Assembly: GCF_964355755.1 (NCBI RefSeq)
Contig: NC_092678.1
Coordinates: 9,192,422-9,256,421 of the forward strand
DNA length: 64,000 nt
Reading direction: 5' to 3'
DNA from: Antedon mediterranea
Lineage: Eukaryota > Animalia > Echinodermata
The number at the start of each line of letters is the position of its first letter. Positions within the stretch are counted from its first letter, which is position 1. The notes beneath the pieces are model-generated. The model was not told where the DNA came from, did no database searches, and saw only the letters and a program-made list of their open reading frames with translations. Both the position numbers and the translations under genes were made by a program. Shown piece after piece: positions 1-12,600 of the stretch.

Positions 1-823
1 AAAACAATTTCAAATGACCTCCAGTTGTAATATGATAAATAGGCATTGTTTTACAAAACCAATAATACAATGTCTAATGAAAACATTAAACTTTCTATGA
101 TTGTATAGGTCTATCTATCTTAATAACAAGAGAACAATATCTACATTACGGTATAAGGTGTAGTTTATAAAACTATTCGAAGCTCAACACCAACAAAGAT
201 TCATATTGTTAAATCAAGGATTGTTTGTAGAAATTGTTTGGATGCACCAGTAATAAAACAAACAAAATAATAAATAAAAATATAGTACATAATAAATATA
301 TAATTGTTTATAATTGTATACATGTTTAAATAAAAAAACATTGACTTCTGTAACAAAACTTTTCCTACAAGAAATTTTTCAAATAGAACATCATTCCAGG
401 ATTTGGTACCAGTAAACCTAAATTAATACGATTTTAGGTAAAGCATAATTTTACTTTTTATTTAGCTTTGTACAAGGATGGGTAATAGGTGAAAAGCATT
501 CAGACATTGAATGAGGCGTTCTTTCGTGATATAGATCTTATATCAAATGTAAGAACATATAACTCAGTTAATTGTTACAGGTCTAGAAATCTGTAATTAA
601 AAAAACATTATTTTTTCGTAAAGAAAAATTGATACGAATTCCCAACGGGGAAATGTCTTCATTGAAAAAGAATACCAGATCATTTTCACAAACATGATTA
701 AGAATCCCTAATAAATAATACCAACATATTTAACACAGATATTTGTTTACTTAGATATAATTATAACGTTAAATTACCTCGTTATTAACAACTTTATTTT
801 TGGAGTGAAAAATCAAAATTGTT

Positions 824-930
824 TTCAGTCGCCTGCAACGCGACTCTATTGCTCACCATGTCGGTTGGTCGGTCGGTAAACATTATCTTAAATTTGAACA
901 CGCAGCTGCCAGCCATATATGGCCTTTTGT
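824..930 (+). mobile_element. Short Helentron/DINE-1-like (HINE) non-autonomous element
   Basis: AGTCGC..GCGACT hairpin, (GTCG)n microsatellite and a terminal GCCA..TGGC hairpin; resembles the 5' end of the element at 54293. Confidence 0.45.
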
Positions 931-1197
931 AACCTTTAAACAAAAATGTTAATAACACGTGTAATTTTTAGTGTATTTGAAAATTTTAATTTTTTAAATG
1001 AAATTTTTAAAATGTGACTACAAAGATGTAAGTACATACAATTAATAGATGCCAAACAACATTTGATATGTTTTTAGGTAATGTACGAGTAGTAAATAAA
1101 CAGTATAAATAAATAAACAATAATACATAAAGAAATCCTCGCCATTGTCATTTAGGATTCAGTATTTCGACATATATACATATACATATATAATATA

Positions 1198-1770
1198 AAT
1201 CCAAAGGCAAATTACTGAAAAAAATGACAATGCTGTGGGTATCAGTGGCTGGATCTCAATGGAGATACAAAAAAAGCGCGAAAAGCTAAATCAAAACGAT
1301 AAAGTAAACAGCCAGAAAAGTTAGCAGAGCTTTCGGGCAACACTAGCCCTTCATCATCAGTGCAAGTGAGGGAATTTGGATAAAGTCATAGCATAAGAGC
1401 TGGCAAGTGCTGCCTGGGTGGACAGGAATAAAAGAGTTATAACAATAGAAACAGCGTGTTGAATGGTGGGTGGAGACTGAATAAGAGTAGAAAACAAAGA
1501 AGGTAGCTTGGTAGAGATATAAACAATTTTGGAATGGAACTAAAAAAAGCTAAAATGGTGGTTAATATTGAAACTTTATGTTATCATCTTTTAGCTTCCA
1601 GATGTACTGGCTAAGTGTTGTGCTGTTTTTGTATTTAACATTACGGAATGAACTATTATGTGCGTTATATCTACATTTAAATGTGTTTTCGGTTAGTCCG
1701 ACATGTTTCAACTTTATCATCACCATTTGTTGTTACTGTAGCCTGATAAACAACACCACTGTAAAATTAT
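1198..1770 (-). mobile_element. Penelope-like element 3' remnant (Naiad-type GIY-YIG fragment plus hammerhead-containing terminal repeat)
   Basis: Minus strand 1765-1575 reads, across one frameshift, SGVVYQATVTTNGDDKVET/VGLTENTFKCRYNAHNSSFRNVKYKNSTTLSQYIWKLKD; hammerhead motif at 1324-1363; ends next to TA-rich DNA; terminal part repeated at 35265-35400. Confidence 0.7.
1324..1363 (-). ncRNA. Minimal type I hammerhead ribozyme (3-nt duplication in core)
   Basis: gca-CTGATGA(tga)A-GGGC-tagtgtt-GCCC-GAAA-GCTC-tgc on the minus strand. Confidence 0.65.
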
Positions 1771-2000
1771 AGAAACGGTGCTCATATTCGGAAAATGATC
1801 TCATAATCGCGTCGAGCATAGCTCATTGGCGAAAGTTCCGTATTTTTAAGTTGTATGAAAAATGTCTCTGGCGGGATTCGAACCTGCAGGGCGAGTATCA
1901 TACCACTAAACCACAGAGCCATATAAGGTATTATCACAGATTTTCACCCACCAGATACATTCTTTCATACAACAACCACCCTCACAATCAGTGGAGGCCT

Positions 2001-2060
2001 AAACATTAGAATAAATTCTAACTTTAAAGTTTTTAAAGTTGGAATTTATTCTGACTTGTT
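2001..2060. repeat. Imperfect 60-bp palindrome
   Basis: agaataaattctaactttaaa / tttaaagttggaatttattct. Confidence 0.7.
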
Positions 2061-2332
2061 AGAATAATAGATTATATTATTATTATTATACAATTCCTAT
2101 ACTATATATAGGCCTATATATATAATTTAGGAAACCTGCATGACACTTAATTATAACAAGTAGCAATTTCCATTTCCTTGATTGTAAGCAACTATAGGCC
2201 TACACTCGTAAAACACAACTGAAGCTCCAAAAGTTATATGTAGGAACACTGACACGGGTCGAGCAGAATTACACTATCCAGTCAAACAAGCTCCAAAGGT
2301 TTGTTTTATTGCTGATGCTGAATGACATATCC

Positions 2333-2967
2333 AAAATGGGACGCGAGTTTCAACCAAGTATTCATCTTATTTGCATAATTAGCTGTAAAAAATGAAAAAG
2401 GTTAAATTTTCAAATGCATAGCATTTAATGAGTTTAATGTTTTCAAGATTAAAAAAAATGAAGATCTGACTTTGAATAGGTTATCACTTCCTTAGCGATG
2501 ATGCATGTTTACATGTCTGCATATAATTAACCATGTAAATATTATACTCTGTAACGACGGCCACTTATTTGCATATTTAACCTAAAATTTGCAAATAAAA
2601 GTTGCAATGTTTCCTTGTTCTGAATTGATATCGATAACAATATTCCGGGAAAATCAAAAACTTGTTTGCAAAAATTCAATCACCTCATAATTGTACCTGA
2701 ATGTATCAAATTTATAGGTTCCAAATATTTTAACGTCTGCCACTCATTCGCATATTTAATTTAACGTATGCATTCAGTGATGTGATATTCTCTCACCTTC
2801 GAAACATTGGTCTATACACTTAATTTATCATAAATCAATGTTTAGAAACAAATTTCCTACATATGAGCAATTTTATTTCTTTATTTTTATTATCTTTAAA
2901 CAAAAATAGCCAATATACATAATTTACAAATGAGGCGACTTCTGGGTTAAAACTCGCGTCCCCTTTT
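2333..2967. mobile_element. MITE with about 23-bp terminal inverted repeats
   Basis: aaaatgggacgcgagtttcaacc at 2333 versus ggttaaaactcgcgtcccctttt ending 2967. Confidence 0.65.
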
Positions 2968-4010
2968 AGATATATTTGTCAGCATTATACCTACTGAATC
3001 AAAATCACCAAAAAAAAACAAACTTACAATTTGTTAACCTTAAGGCCTATTTCTCATCTAAATCTAAAGTTTCTATATTGCATAGATATTAAACTACAAC
3101 CTATGTTAGTTACAATATCAATTATAATCATTCAAATATATAGACTTGACCTTTATATAAACCTAATATGTCAATTTGATTCTATGAAATATTTTGAAAA
3201 ATTGTTCATAATTACAAGCATACATGAAAAGGTGTATAAATGTAATAAATTATTTTAATTATGATTTTGACAATGTCTTTTCTGTAATTGCTTACCACGT
3301 CACAATGGAACAAATTGAAACGTGGCATTTGTCTTCAAACACACGTCACACGTATTAAGCCTTACGTTTTTTCTGGATGCACAATGGCTGTGACGCTTGT
3401 ACAACAACACTTATTATCAATACTCACATTTTATTAGGTTCATCAGCATTTTAAACATCCGAGGAGGTACGATGTAGTAAGCCTATTCAATTATCATCAA
3501 AATGGTATAATTTCAATTTTTGCGATCTAGTCTTGCTGCATACCACCGTGTAATAATTTAATCAGTCTATGCACACATTTTATAAAGCAATATTACGGTA
3601 CTTTATATAAACACATATAAAACATTATTCCAGAATTGGACAAATATTATTGATCCAATCGCAAATGTAAAGGTCTGAACAGCACAAAATATAGGTACAC
3701 ATTACCCTTCATAGGTATATAGTGTACCGAGCATCATAATGCCGACATGAGTGCTGAATAGGTCAGCGTAGCTTTATACATACGAGCCAAATTTAGTTTT
3801 CTACGAGTAGATTGTTATTCTTTTAAAGTCCTTTCTAATCCTCCGTTAGACATTTTCGTTCAATATCACTTCACTTGAGATAACGCCAAGGGCAAAATTA
3901 AAAGCATGTTAATATAAAACACACAACGTCGAACGAAGACACTATAACTGTATACTATTTATCATAATAATTTTAAAATATGAATATCTATTGTATGCTT
4001 TGGAGGCGCC

Positions 4011-6098
4011 TTATAGTTGAGCTTCAGAATACAAACGACTTAACTGATGTTCACGTGAGCCATGGCGTAATGCGTGTTTGTGATACCATTTTCGGGGTGT
4101 AAAACAAGGGCAAATTAACTTTTGAAAAGCCTTCCGAAAACGTAAATTAAACGTTATATAAAGAATGGGGTTACAGAGGGAATGTGCGTAACCCATATAA
4201 ACAGCAACCGTCATCAGTTTAGGCTTCGTGCAGTTCGGGCAGATTGCGTATACTATAACTTGCGCAAAGTATGGCATCCAGCATATTAGAAAACACGTTA
4301 GAATTACACCTAGCTGCTTTGCCGCTTTCTGAGCTCGTTTCAAAATCAAAAGGACTTTACTTCCACGACCACTGAGTCCTGTCAATGAATGACGTAATCG
4401 TGCACGAACCGAACCTGTTGAACCACGGAAAGAAGGGTTACTTCCGGAGTATTCTCCATTACGCTTGATATCTCGTCGTTTATTTCCTATACAAATGGCA
4501 TGCCCATTTAGTGAGGCATAGTTCGGCAGTGACGTTGTACTGGGTAGCTGGCAAAGTCTATGAGGGCTTGAGGCACTTGATCGTAATCCTGCGCTCGTCG
4601 TTTTAATTTGTAATGGGTGACCGTCATTTGCCTGTGGCACTGATAATTTGCCACGCATTCGCCGTGTCGTATGGCCATTACGCGGTAGGCAGCTGTCACT
4701 TAGGCCCTGGCGTGTTAGATATCTGTGACTTGCACGTTTTTGTGTTTCAGTATGATTACTCTGTACATCACCGTTTTTTATTGGAGAATTGTTGATTTTT
4801 ATCTTTTGTTCTTTATCACTTTCGATCGTATTAAATACGATACCGATTGATCCGTCAGTTTCACATCGTTGGCAACTGCTTTCTGTTTGATTAAGAATGC
4901 TTGCGTTTACCATTTCATGTTTCACCTGCGTAATAGAGGTTTCAATATCCGTCACTTCCATTGTGGCAGCCTCTACACATCCAGACGGCTCTTTAGAGAT
5001 ACCAGAGGTAGAAGAACTACCTACATTGGTTTCAAGTTTATGATTTCTGGTTAAACCTTCGAAAAGTGACGACAACTCGTCATTTTCTTTTTCGAATGAA
5101 CTTGGCGTTGGTTGTTTGACGTTCCCGTCACTTTCTGCCTCTTCGTCAATGCTAGCATAACATCGAACAGTCCGGGTGTTACCTGCGTAGCGGCAATTCC
5201 ACAGAGTAGATGAATGTGAAGGGCTATTGACAGTATCGTCATACAATGACTGTAAATGCCATAAGTCACTCTGACTTACTAAACTATACGCATTATCACT
5301 ATCCTTTTTCGAGTTTTTAGAGGCCATGCTACCAGCGCTCATTCGGCCTATCGCCATTGTTGACCGTTTTTGAATAGCTTTGATAATATGAAAATACATT
5401 CCACAAGTTATGCACAATGGTATGATAAACACAAAAACTGAACCAGTTGCGAAATACCAAGAAGCTGCACCATACCTTACAAAATCTGAGCGCGCAGTCA
5501 TGGTTTCACCACCACCTGCATACACATATTTCCAGGTGGCTGCAAATGGTGTGACAATAACAAAAACAATTCCCCAAATAATCGCTATCATCATTATAGC
5601 ATGCCGTTTTGTACGTAAGCGAATATATTTGATCGGATAAGTAATGGACCAAAATCGGTCTAAATTTAACAAAATCATGCTTAGAATGCTTGTAATTGAA
5701 AGAAAATAATCCAACGTTACCCATAAGTAATAAATTGGTTGCGAATTATTCCAAAAATGTGGGTAAGATGTGTCCAGTATATTTGGCGGGATTATAATTA
5801 ATCCAATAAATAAATCCGCAATAGCAACTCCCGAAGTAAATGTGCTAGAAACAGAATGAAGTCCATCATTTAGACGAAGAACTACAAGAACAACACAATT
5901 TGTTATACATGTTGCGAAACTTAGAAGCACTATCAAAGATGTGCGTACAATACCCCATACTTCTAAGCCAAGTATAGCATCGTTACAAAGTTCAGAGGAG
6001 CTCTCCTGCGTGGTATTTACTCCAGACATAGTTGCCCAGTGTATAGTATCCGTTTTAGCTGAAATAACTATGGAATGCGATTCATTTTGTAAATTCAT
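4011..6098 (-). CDS. HRH1: Aminergic class A GPCR, histamine H1 receptor-like, with very long ICL3
   Basis: 695-aa single-exon ORF with seven hydrophobic helices: AIADL (TM2), WVTLDY with D3.32, DRF, KAAKQLG, CWMPYF, CPNC in ECL3, GY..S..NPILY. The TM6-TM7 pattern matches recalled HRH1 sequence; orthology is not proven. Confidence 0.85.
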   Translation of the reverse strand: MNLQNESHSIVISAKTDTIHWATMSGVNTTQESSSELCNDAILGLEVWGIVRTSLIVLLSFATCITNCVVLVVLRLNDGLHSVSSTFTSGVAIADLFIGLIIIPPNILDTSYPHFWNNSQPIYYLWVTLDYFLSITSILSMILLNLDRFWSITYPIKYIRLRTKRHAIMMIAIIWGIVFVIVTPFAATWKYVYAGGGETMTARSDFVRYGAASWYFATGSVFVFIIPLCITCGMYFHIIKAIQKRSTMAIGRMSAGSMASKNSKKDSDNAYSLVSQSDLWHLQSLYDDTVNSPSHSSTLWNCRYAGNTRTVRCYASIDEEAESDGNVKQPTPSSFEKENDELSSLFEGLTRNHKLETNVGSSSTSGISKEPSGCVEAATMEVTDIETSITQVKHEMVNASILNQTESSCQRCETDGSIGIVFNTIESDKEQKIKINNSPIKNGDVQSNHTETQKRASHRYLTRQGLSDSCLPRNGHTTRRMRGKLSVPQANDGHPLQIKTTSAGLRSSASSPHRLCQLPSTTSLPNYASLNGHAICIGNKRRDIKRNGEYSGSNPSFRGSTGSVRARLRHSLTGLSGRGSKVLLILKRAQKAAKQLGVILTCFLICWMPYFAQVIVYAICPNCTKPKLMTVAVYMGYAHSLCNPILYITFNLRFRKAFQKLICPCFTPRKWYHKHALRHGSREHQLSRLYSEAQL

Positions 6099-7168
6099 GC
6101 TTCATATACACACACACTACAACACCGATCGCCTACCGATTTATGATGATGAACGGACTGTCTTCACGTTTTTTAATTGGTCAGTGCAACCGTCTGAAAC
6201 GAGCAGCCAATAGCGTTTCTACGGATGAATTTACACAACATACATTACTGAGCTAATACCGCATCGTACTTAATTTCACGATTGAACATCCAGGGATCTA
6301 CAACAACAAAAATAGCATCCTTTTGAGTAATAATGTATGAAAGCAGAGTTGGAACAAATCTTTATGATCCCGGATAAAACGTTTAACTAGCTCGATGTAT
6401 GTAATGCATCTCATAAAAGAAAAACATCAAATCAAAACATTGCATTTGGATCGATCGTAACCGATCTTTCGAATTTAATTTCCCCTATTTTGTTATATAT
6501 TTATCCAACATGTAAATTAACATAATTTAAAATTTATCATTATATTTATCATAGGGATAAAACGATTTAGCAAGTGTTTGCTTAAATTAAAAAATCAATA
6601 TAAAATAAAATAGGTTATAGAAGCCTTTTTAAATGTTGATAATATTTAGAGTGCTACGCTAACAAAATTGTCTGTTTAATATGTTAATTCACCTATGATT
6701 ACTATGCACGCAACCACCTGTTCAAGAGGATACTTCGATTAAAATACGCATAGTTGTTTGCATAATATTGTTACATATCAAATGCATTGGTTCTTCAAAC
6801 CAGATTAGTGACGGTATAGCCATTGATTGCTGTAACCTTTATTAATATTTGTCAATACAGGTAACACTACTTAAGCCCACATTTCAATAAAATTAACCCC
6901 ATGTCGTCGAATGCCCCGGATTTTTTTAATACTGGAGTTGTTCTGGATCGAATTGTTCGTGATTAAATTCTGATACCTATTCTGAAAATGTACACTTCTA
7001 AAGAAAATTATAATTTGACTATAACGTCGATTAAAATATAATAGATAGGCCTACCTGTAATGAAATTTTATCTCTAAACTACCAGTATTTAAAATATTCT
7101 TATTCTTGTTCTCGTCATCGCAATCGTCGTTCTTAGGCCTATTATCATTTTTAAATAAATTAAATTTG

Positions 7169-7679
7169 TAGTCCAGATTTGAGAAAAATGAAATAGTGTC
7201 TATACCCATGTTTCTGATACCGAGGATTCCAAATATATTTATTGTTATTATAGTTGTAAATTTTCTATTTCAGCCGCCATGTTGAAATCCAAGATGGCTG
7301 CCATTTTAAACGTATTGGCTTATAGCTTGACTTTTACGAGACTTGGCAGGTTAAAAATGGTGTCTATACCTATGTTTGTGATACTAAGGATTCCAAATAT
7401 ATTGTTATTCAAGTTGAAAATATTTTATTTCAGCCGCCATGTTGAATTCAAGATGACCGTCATTTAAAATATATTTTGTCTAATGACTTGATTTAAAATT
7501 AACCTGTTGTCACATAAGTCATGGCGGCCATTTTTTTCCACATTTTCTAGGGTAAATATACCGTATATTGAACCTGAGATTTCAATTCCGCACCCCGAAA
7601 TTACCCTAAACACATGTTGATTCGTTTTAAACACGAAATACCTACAGCATTTCATTTTTCTTAAATCTGGATTAGTCTA
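7169..7679. mobile_element. Non-autonomous DNA transposon with TAG-type termini (Academ-like)
   Basis: tagtccagatttgagaaaaatgaaat versus atttcatttttcttaaatctggatta; internal direct repeats (tttcagccgccatgttgaa twice). Confidence 0.6.
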
Positions 7680-8635
7680 TATACTTACATTATTTAGAAA
7701 CTAAATTGATTAATGTAATAATAGAACATTTTATTTAAGTTGGTCATACCATTTTGTAGAAAAAAAGATGTGACAATTCATGGGAACTGTATTCTTCCCA
7801 TATTTAATCTCATAAACATTCTTTATTCAACGAGGCCTACCGTAACGCCCCCAGTTTAGTTTAGTCAATTCATAAAGGTTCAACAATTCAAGGCGATCTA
7901 CTTAAAATATTAATTATAGAATTCAATATCATCAACTCGAAAATACGTGAGAAAAATTAACAATAGGCTAGTCTCATTCACACTGATTCAGGGGATTATC
8001 AAGAAAATAAAATCACAATATAAAATCAATATTATGGAAAATAAATATGTAGAAGTAAGGTCATTGAGTCATGACGTCCTGACAGCAGCCTCTTCAATAT
8101 CAATTGGTTCCAAGTAGGACCCCAACGCAAGGACGTAAGCGCAACGCAAGTGAGATGACCAATCACAGACGACGGTTCGACTAATCCGGCATATAATAAT
8201 AACAATACTATTTATTGAAACTACACCTTTACAGCGGTGGCACACGTTCATACATAATGCGTTCTTAAAATAAATATATAGACAACAAACAGATACAAAA
8301 CCAATACAACAGATTAAAAAATAACAATTAACCAACCAACACGATCGCTGTCGTAGTCGGTGTCTGAGATATACAATACATTACCAAAAATTAAGTAGTA
8401 ATAAATTAAAATAACAATTGACAACAGTAGGCCTAATAGTGAAGAACTGAAAATAATAATAACAACAATAAATAATAATAACTGAAAATACCCTAAAAAT
8501 ATAATACACTCTATACCGCAACCAGACAAAATATTCACAGGCTATCTGCGAGTTGGATTTCTATTCGTATTTTATTGTAAGATATGTTTTACAAAATTTG
8601 TCAAAACACATTGTATTATTGCTGAGGGAGAGCGT

Positions 8636-9372
8636 GGGCCTGTTTCTGCTACAACTGCTCAAAATATGGTATAAAAATACGGTATTTTTTATACCGTATT
8701 TTTTAGTACCCCATTTCTGCTAACAATACTTCTTGGGTGGTCGTGTTAAAATTCATCGTTTTTTACCGAAATTGCCATTCATTTAAATAATCGCAATCGC
8801 AATAAAGGAAGTTTTACGCCTCACTTTCAATAGCCCAGCCCTAGTGATAGAGATGTTGTGAGAGCACAGAAACCATCGTAATGAGGACATGAAATTCCTT
8901 CCCTCTCTGAGTTATTATCTTTTGCAATGTTGTACTGCGTTCGCAGGTTCTTCAGCTTTGAGTTTACTTGCTTCGAAGACAAGTCTATTCCGTACTCCTA
9001 TTTTATTTTTTAGAAATGTCTTTATAAATGTGGTTGTCCCTTTTATTACCTTTTAGTTGGCCTCCCTCCCCACACAGATTTATATAGTAAATACTTTGAC
9101 GTCTTCGCTCCACATTTTCGCCGAATATATCTATACACGTGTGTAAAACAGCTGACAGTGACAGAAAATAAAAACATGATGTTGATCAGTCAGGTTAAAA
9201 AAAAACCGGTATAAATACGGTGTAAATACCGTATTTTATTCACAAATTTTGTGGGGAAAATACGGTATACAAAATACGGTATATTTTATGAGCGCAGTTT
9301 CTGCTGGCAAAAATTTAAAAAAAAAGTACCGTATATTAAATATGGTATTTTCTTGGCAGCGGAAACAGGGCC
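8636..9372. mobile_element. Harbinger-like MITE
   Basis: gggcctgtttctgct versus gcagcggaaacagggcc; internal aaatacggta/taccgtattt inverted subrepeats. Confidence 0.6.
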
Positions 9373-9429
9373 TGTATCATTTCCCAGAACGTATAACATT
9401 TTAGCACATTATGCAGAATATTTCCCAAA

Positions 9430-11600
9430 CATCTAGCTAATTAATTAAATCTTGCTTAAGTATATTTAGTTGTTCATTTCTTACACATTGCAATGCATCA
9501 CAACTTAATAAAAAGTGAGACATGTCTTCTATATTTCCACATTTACATAATGAACAAAGATCATCAGTATCCACGGTCCATTTACTTAATTTAACATTTA
9601 AAGGTAAAGTATAATTATTGGAATGAACTTCAAATTTAAGATGGGCTGTTGAACACACAAATGTGAAATCTTATGTGTGATCTTATGATTTTCATAAACA
9701 GATAGGTCATCAACGTATTTTAAAGCTTTTGTTTTAGCACCCTTAACAGCGTCATTGATCATAATTGGAAATGCAATGGGACAAAGTTTAGTCCCCTGGG
9801 GGACACCAGCTTTTAACGTGATAGCACTTGATAGGGAGTTGTTATATTTTACACATTGTTCTCTGCAGCTGAGGAAGCTGCAAATCCTAGGGACGATTGA
9901 CCCACGGACTCCAATGTCGATGATTTTATTGATTAAGGTGTTGTGTTCAATTCGATCAAAGGCCTTAGTGAAGTCCGTAAGGACAACCGTCCCGATGTTA
10001 TGAGCTTCCTCAGCTGCAGCACACATATCATGAACAAGACGAACTAAGTAGTGGCTAGTTGATGCCCCTTTGACATTGCCATACTGTCTTACATCTAATT
10101 TATTCTGGATATCAGATACCACCCACTCACAAACAAATTGTTCTGCCACTTTTGCAAAGGCAGATGTTAACGAGATAGGTCATAACTTACCAATTTTTAG
10201 TGGGTGTACCTTGGGGATAGGAACAGTCACAGCTGATTTCCATTGGGAGGGGAGACTTCCTTCCCTAAATGAGCAATTTAAAATATTAGTAAGGGGTTCA
10301 CTTAACTCAAGAGCAAACTTTTTAAGAGTTAAGGGTGGTATTTTATCAGGTCCTACTGATTTATGTGGGTTGGTTTTTCTTAACTTATTATAAACCTCCC
10401 ATTCTTTAACTTGTGGTGCAGGACTGTTACATGGCAAATATGCCGGTAAAATACAATAGTCTAGTGGGGGTATGTCATCATTAATGCTAGCAAACTGGGA
10501 ATTAATTGCATTAGCGATACATATGTGATCAGAGGCGGATATGTCTGTAACATTAATATTTAGCTCTCGACTAATTTTAGATGATGTTAAATCTTTTGTG
10601 CCGTATGCGTCTCATTCTAGTTGAAAAATACTTAGTTTTGGCACCTTCAATTTTTCGCTTTACGTTATTTCGTAACTTTTTGAAAAGTGTAGTGTCCCCC
10701 TGTATTAAAAGCGGGCTGCCTCTTAGCTATTGGGTCTCTAATGCAATTAGTTATCCAGGGTCTATCAGCACAGTGTATTTTTACTTTTTTTGTAGGAAAA
10801 TACTTATCTATTGCACTGTTCAAAATGTTATAGAGAGCGTCCATTTTGTCTTGAGTAGAAATGCTATTGATCACCTCAAGCCAATCCTATGTTAATAACC
10901 ATCTTCCAAACTCACATTTTCTCGATTCATAAAATGGACGAACCACTATGTTCTTTGTAGAGTTGAGCCGCAGTCTGATCTTTGGTTTCCATAGTACACA
11001 CACATAATCGCTCATACCAATATGCGCTGATGCAGATGGTGCGGTATAAAACGTGTCATCCATATTTGTGATGATTAGATCAAGAACAGCATTATTACCC
11101 GTGTTAAATTTAACAATTTGACGGAAATCGCTGCCTTTAAGAATGTCACCAATCACCATACGGTTGAAATCGCCAGCTATACAAAATCCGGTATCTGGGG
11201 ACCGTGTGCGAATTTCGTCAATTGTGTTGATTATATTTTCTTTCAATAACTGTTGATGTGGTGAATCTGTGACTATATATATACCACACACTACAATTTG
11301 CAATAGTCCTCTATGTAGTCTGGTGCCTCTAAGTCTGACCCAAAGAATCTCCAGAGGGTGGGGGGCTGCAACCATAAGTTCTTGAGCATTGAGGCCATCT
11401 TTTATTTGGTGTGGATTGCTACTCCACCCCACGTCGATCTTCATGACATTTGGAGAATAGGGCATAACCAGGTCTTGATGGTGGGTGGTGGAAACCAGCT
11501 CTCAGTAATTATACCAACATTAACCGATTCCTTATTCATCAACAGATGAAATTCATCACGCTTATTGATCAGCGATTGGGCGTTCGTTAATAAAAAAAAA
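9430..11600 (-). pseudogene. Degenerate non-LTR retrotransposon (L2/CR1-group) ORF2 with APE, RT and a C-terminal Cys fragment
   Basis: Broken ORFs with GDFN and LDLIITN (APE), KSVGPDKIP, DFTKAFDRI, GVPQGT and KYVDD (RT), then CSLC..EDMSHFLLSC; several frameshifts and stops. Confidence 0.9.
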
Positions 11601-11899
11601 TTAGGCAAAAGTTGTTGCTTATTCTTCTCTATCGCTAGCCTATTTATCCTGCTTCGGTGAAGTTATTACCCTTAATAAAGTGAGGCCGTTTAGATTCAAT
11701 CGGGAATACATTAAATATGACAGGAATATATCTTAGTTTTAAGGAATGATATCTTTGTTAATCGACTACCTACTTTCAATTTTAAAATTGATGTTAATTT
11801 ATGTTACCATAATTTTACAGAAGTTTAGGTATTGAAGACATTGTTAATAAGAACACTTTTTTAACATCAAACGAAATACTGGTGAAACTACAATGTAAA

Positions 11900-12600
11900 A
11901 CAAACTGGTTAAATTAAATGTGTGCATTATTAAGGCAATACCAATTCAGTGGAAACGTATTATTAAGGATGCAGATATTTTCAAATGTGATGATAATAAT
12001 GAGTTAGTTGGGACCAAATATGAGATTAATACTACCAAACTAATATACTCATGGTTTGTGAAAGAACATTTCATTATTCCAATGTCGCAACTAAAATAGG
12101 AAGAGTACTCCAATGATAACAACATAGATTGGAAAACATCTTGGTTACGGAAAGTATGTAAAATGAAGGATAAGAAACTAGCACAATTCAATTATAAGAT
12201 GTTACATAGAATACTGCCTACCAACAAACGACTTTATCAGTGGAAAGTTAAAGAAACACAAACGTGCGACAAATGTGGAGAAATTGAAAATAAAAATCAT
12301 TTGTTTTTTTAGTTGTAGATTTATTCAAACATTTTGGAGGAGGAAAATGCTTAGTATCTTTGTAAGTTTAAACCACAATAATATATCCTTTAAGCAATTA
12401 ATACTAGGAACGGGAGATAAGCTAGTAGATTATATTTACACATTTGCAGCCTTCACTATTTATAGAATAAAAATGTAATCAGCATTAAATAAGCCAGTGG
12501 GTAAATCGTTATGGAATTCATTTAAAAGCAATATGCTAGAATTTAGAATTAACAAAAATGTTTTAAATAATATGATTTTATGTAATGACATGAGATAATA
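11900..12600 (+). pseudogene. L1/Tx1-clade LINE 3' fragment (zf-RVT region)
   Basis: Manual translation from about 12100: DWKTSW..KLAQFNYKMLHRILPTNKRLYQWKVKETQTCDKCGEIENKNHLFF/SCRFIQTFW. Confidence 0.8.

Noticed and set aside
4508-6213. Short ORFs overlapping the GPCR
   Set aside because: Alternative-frame and antisense by-products of a long coding sequence.
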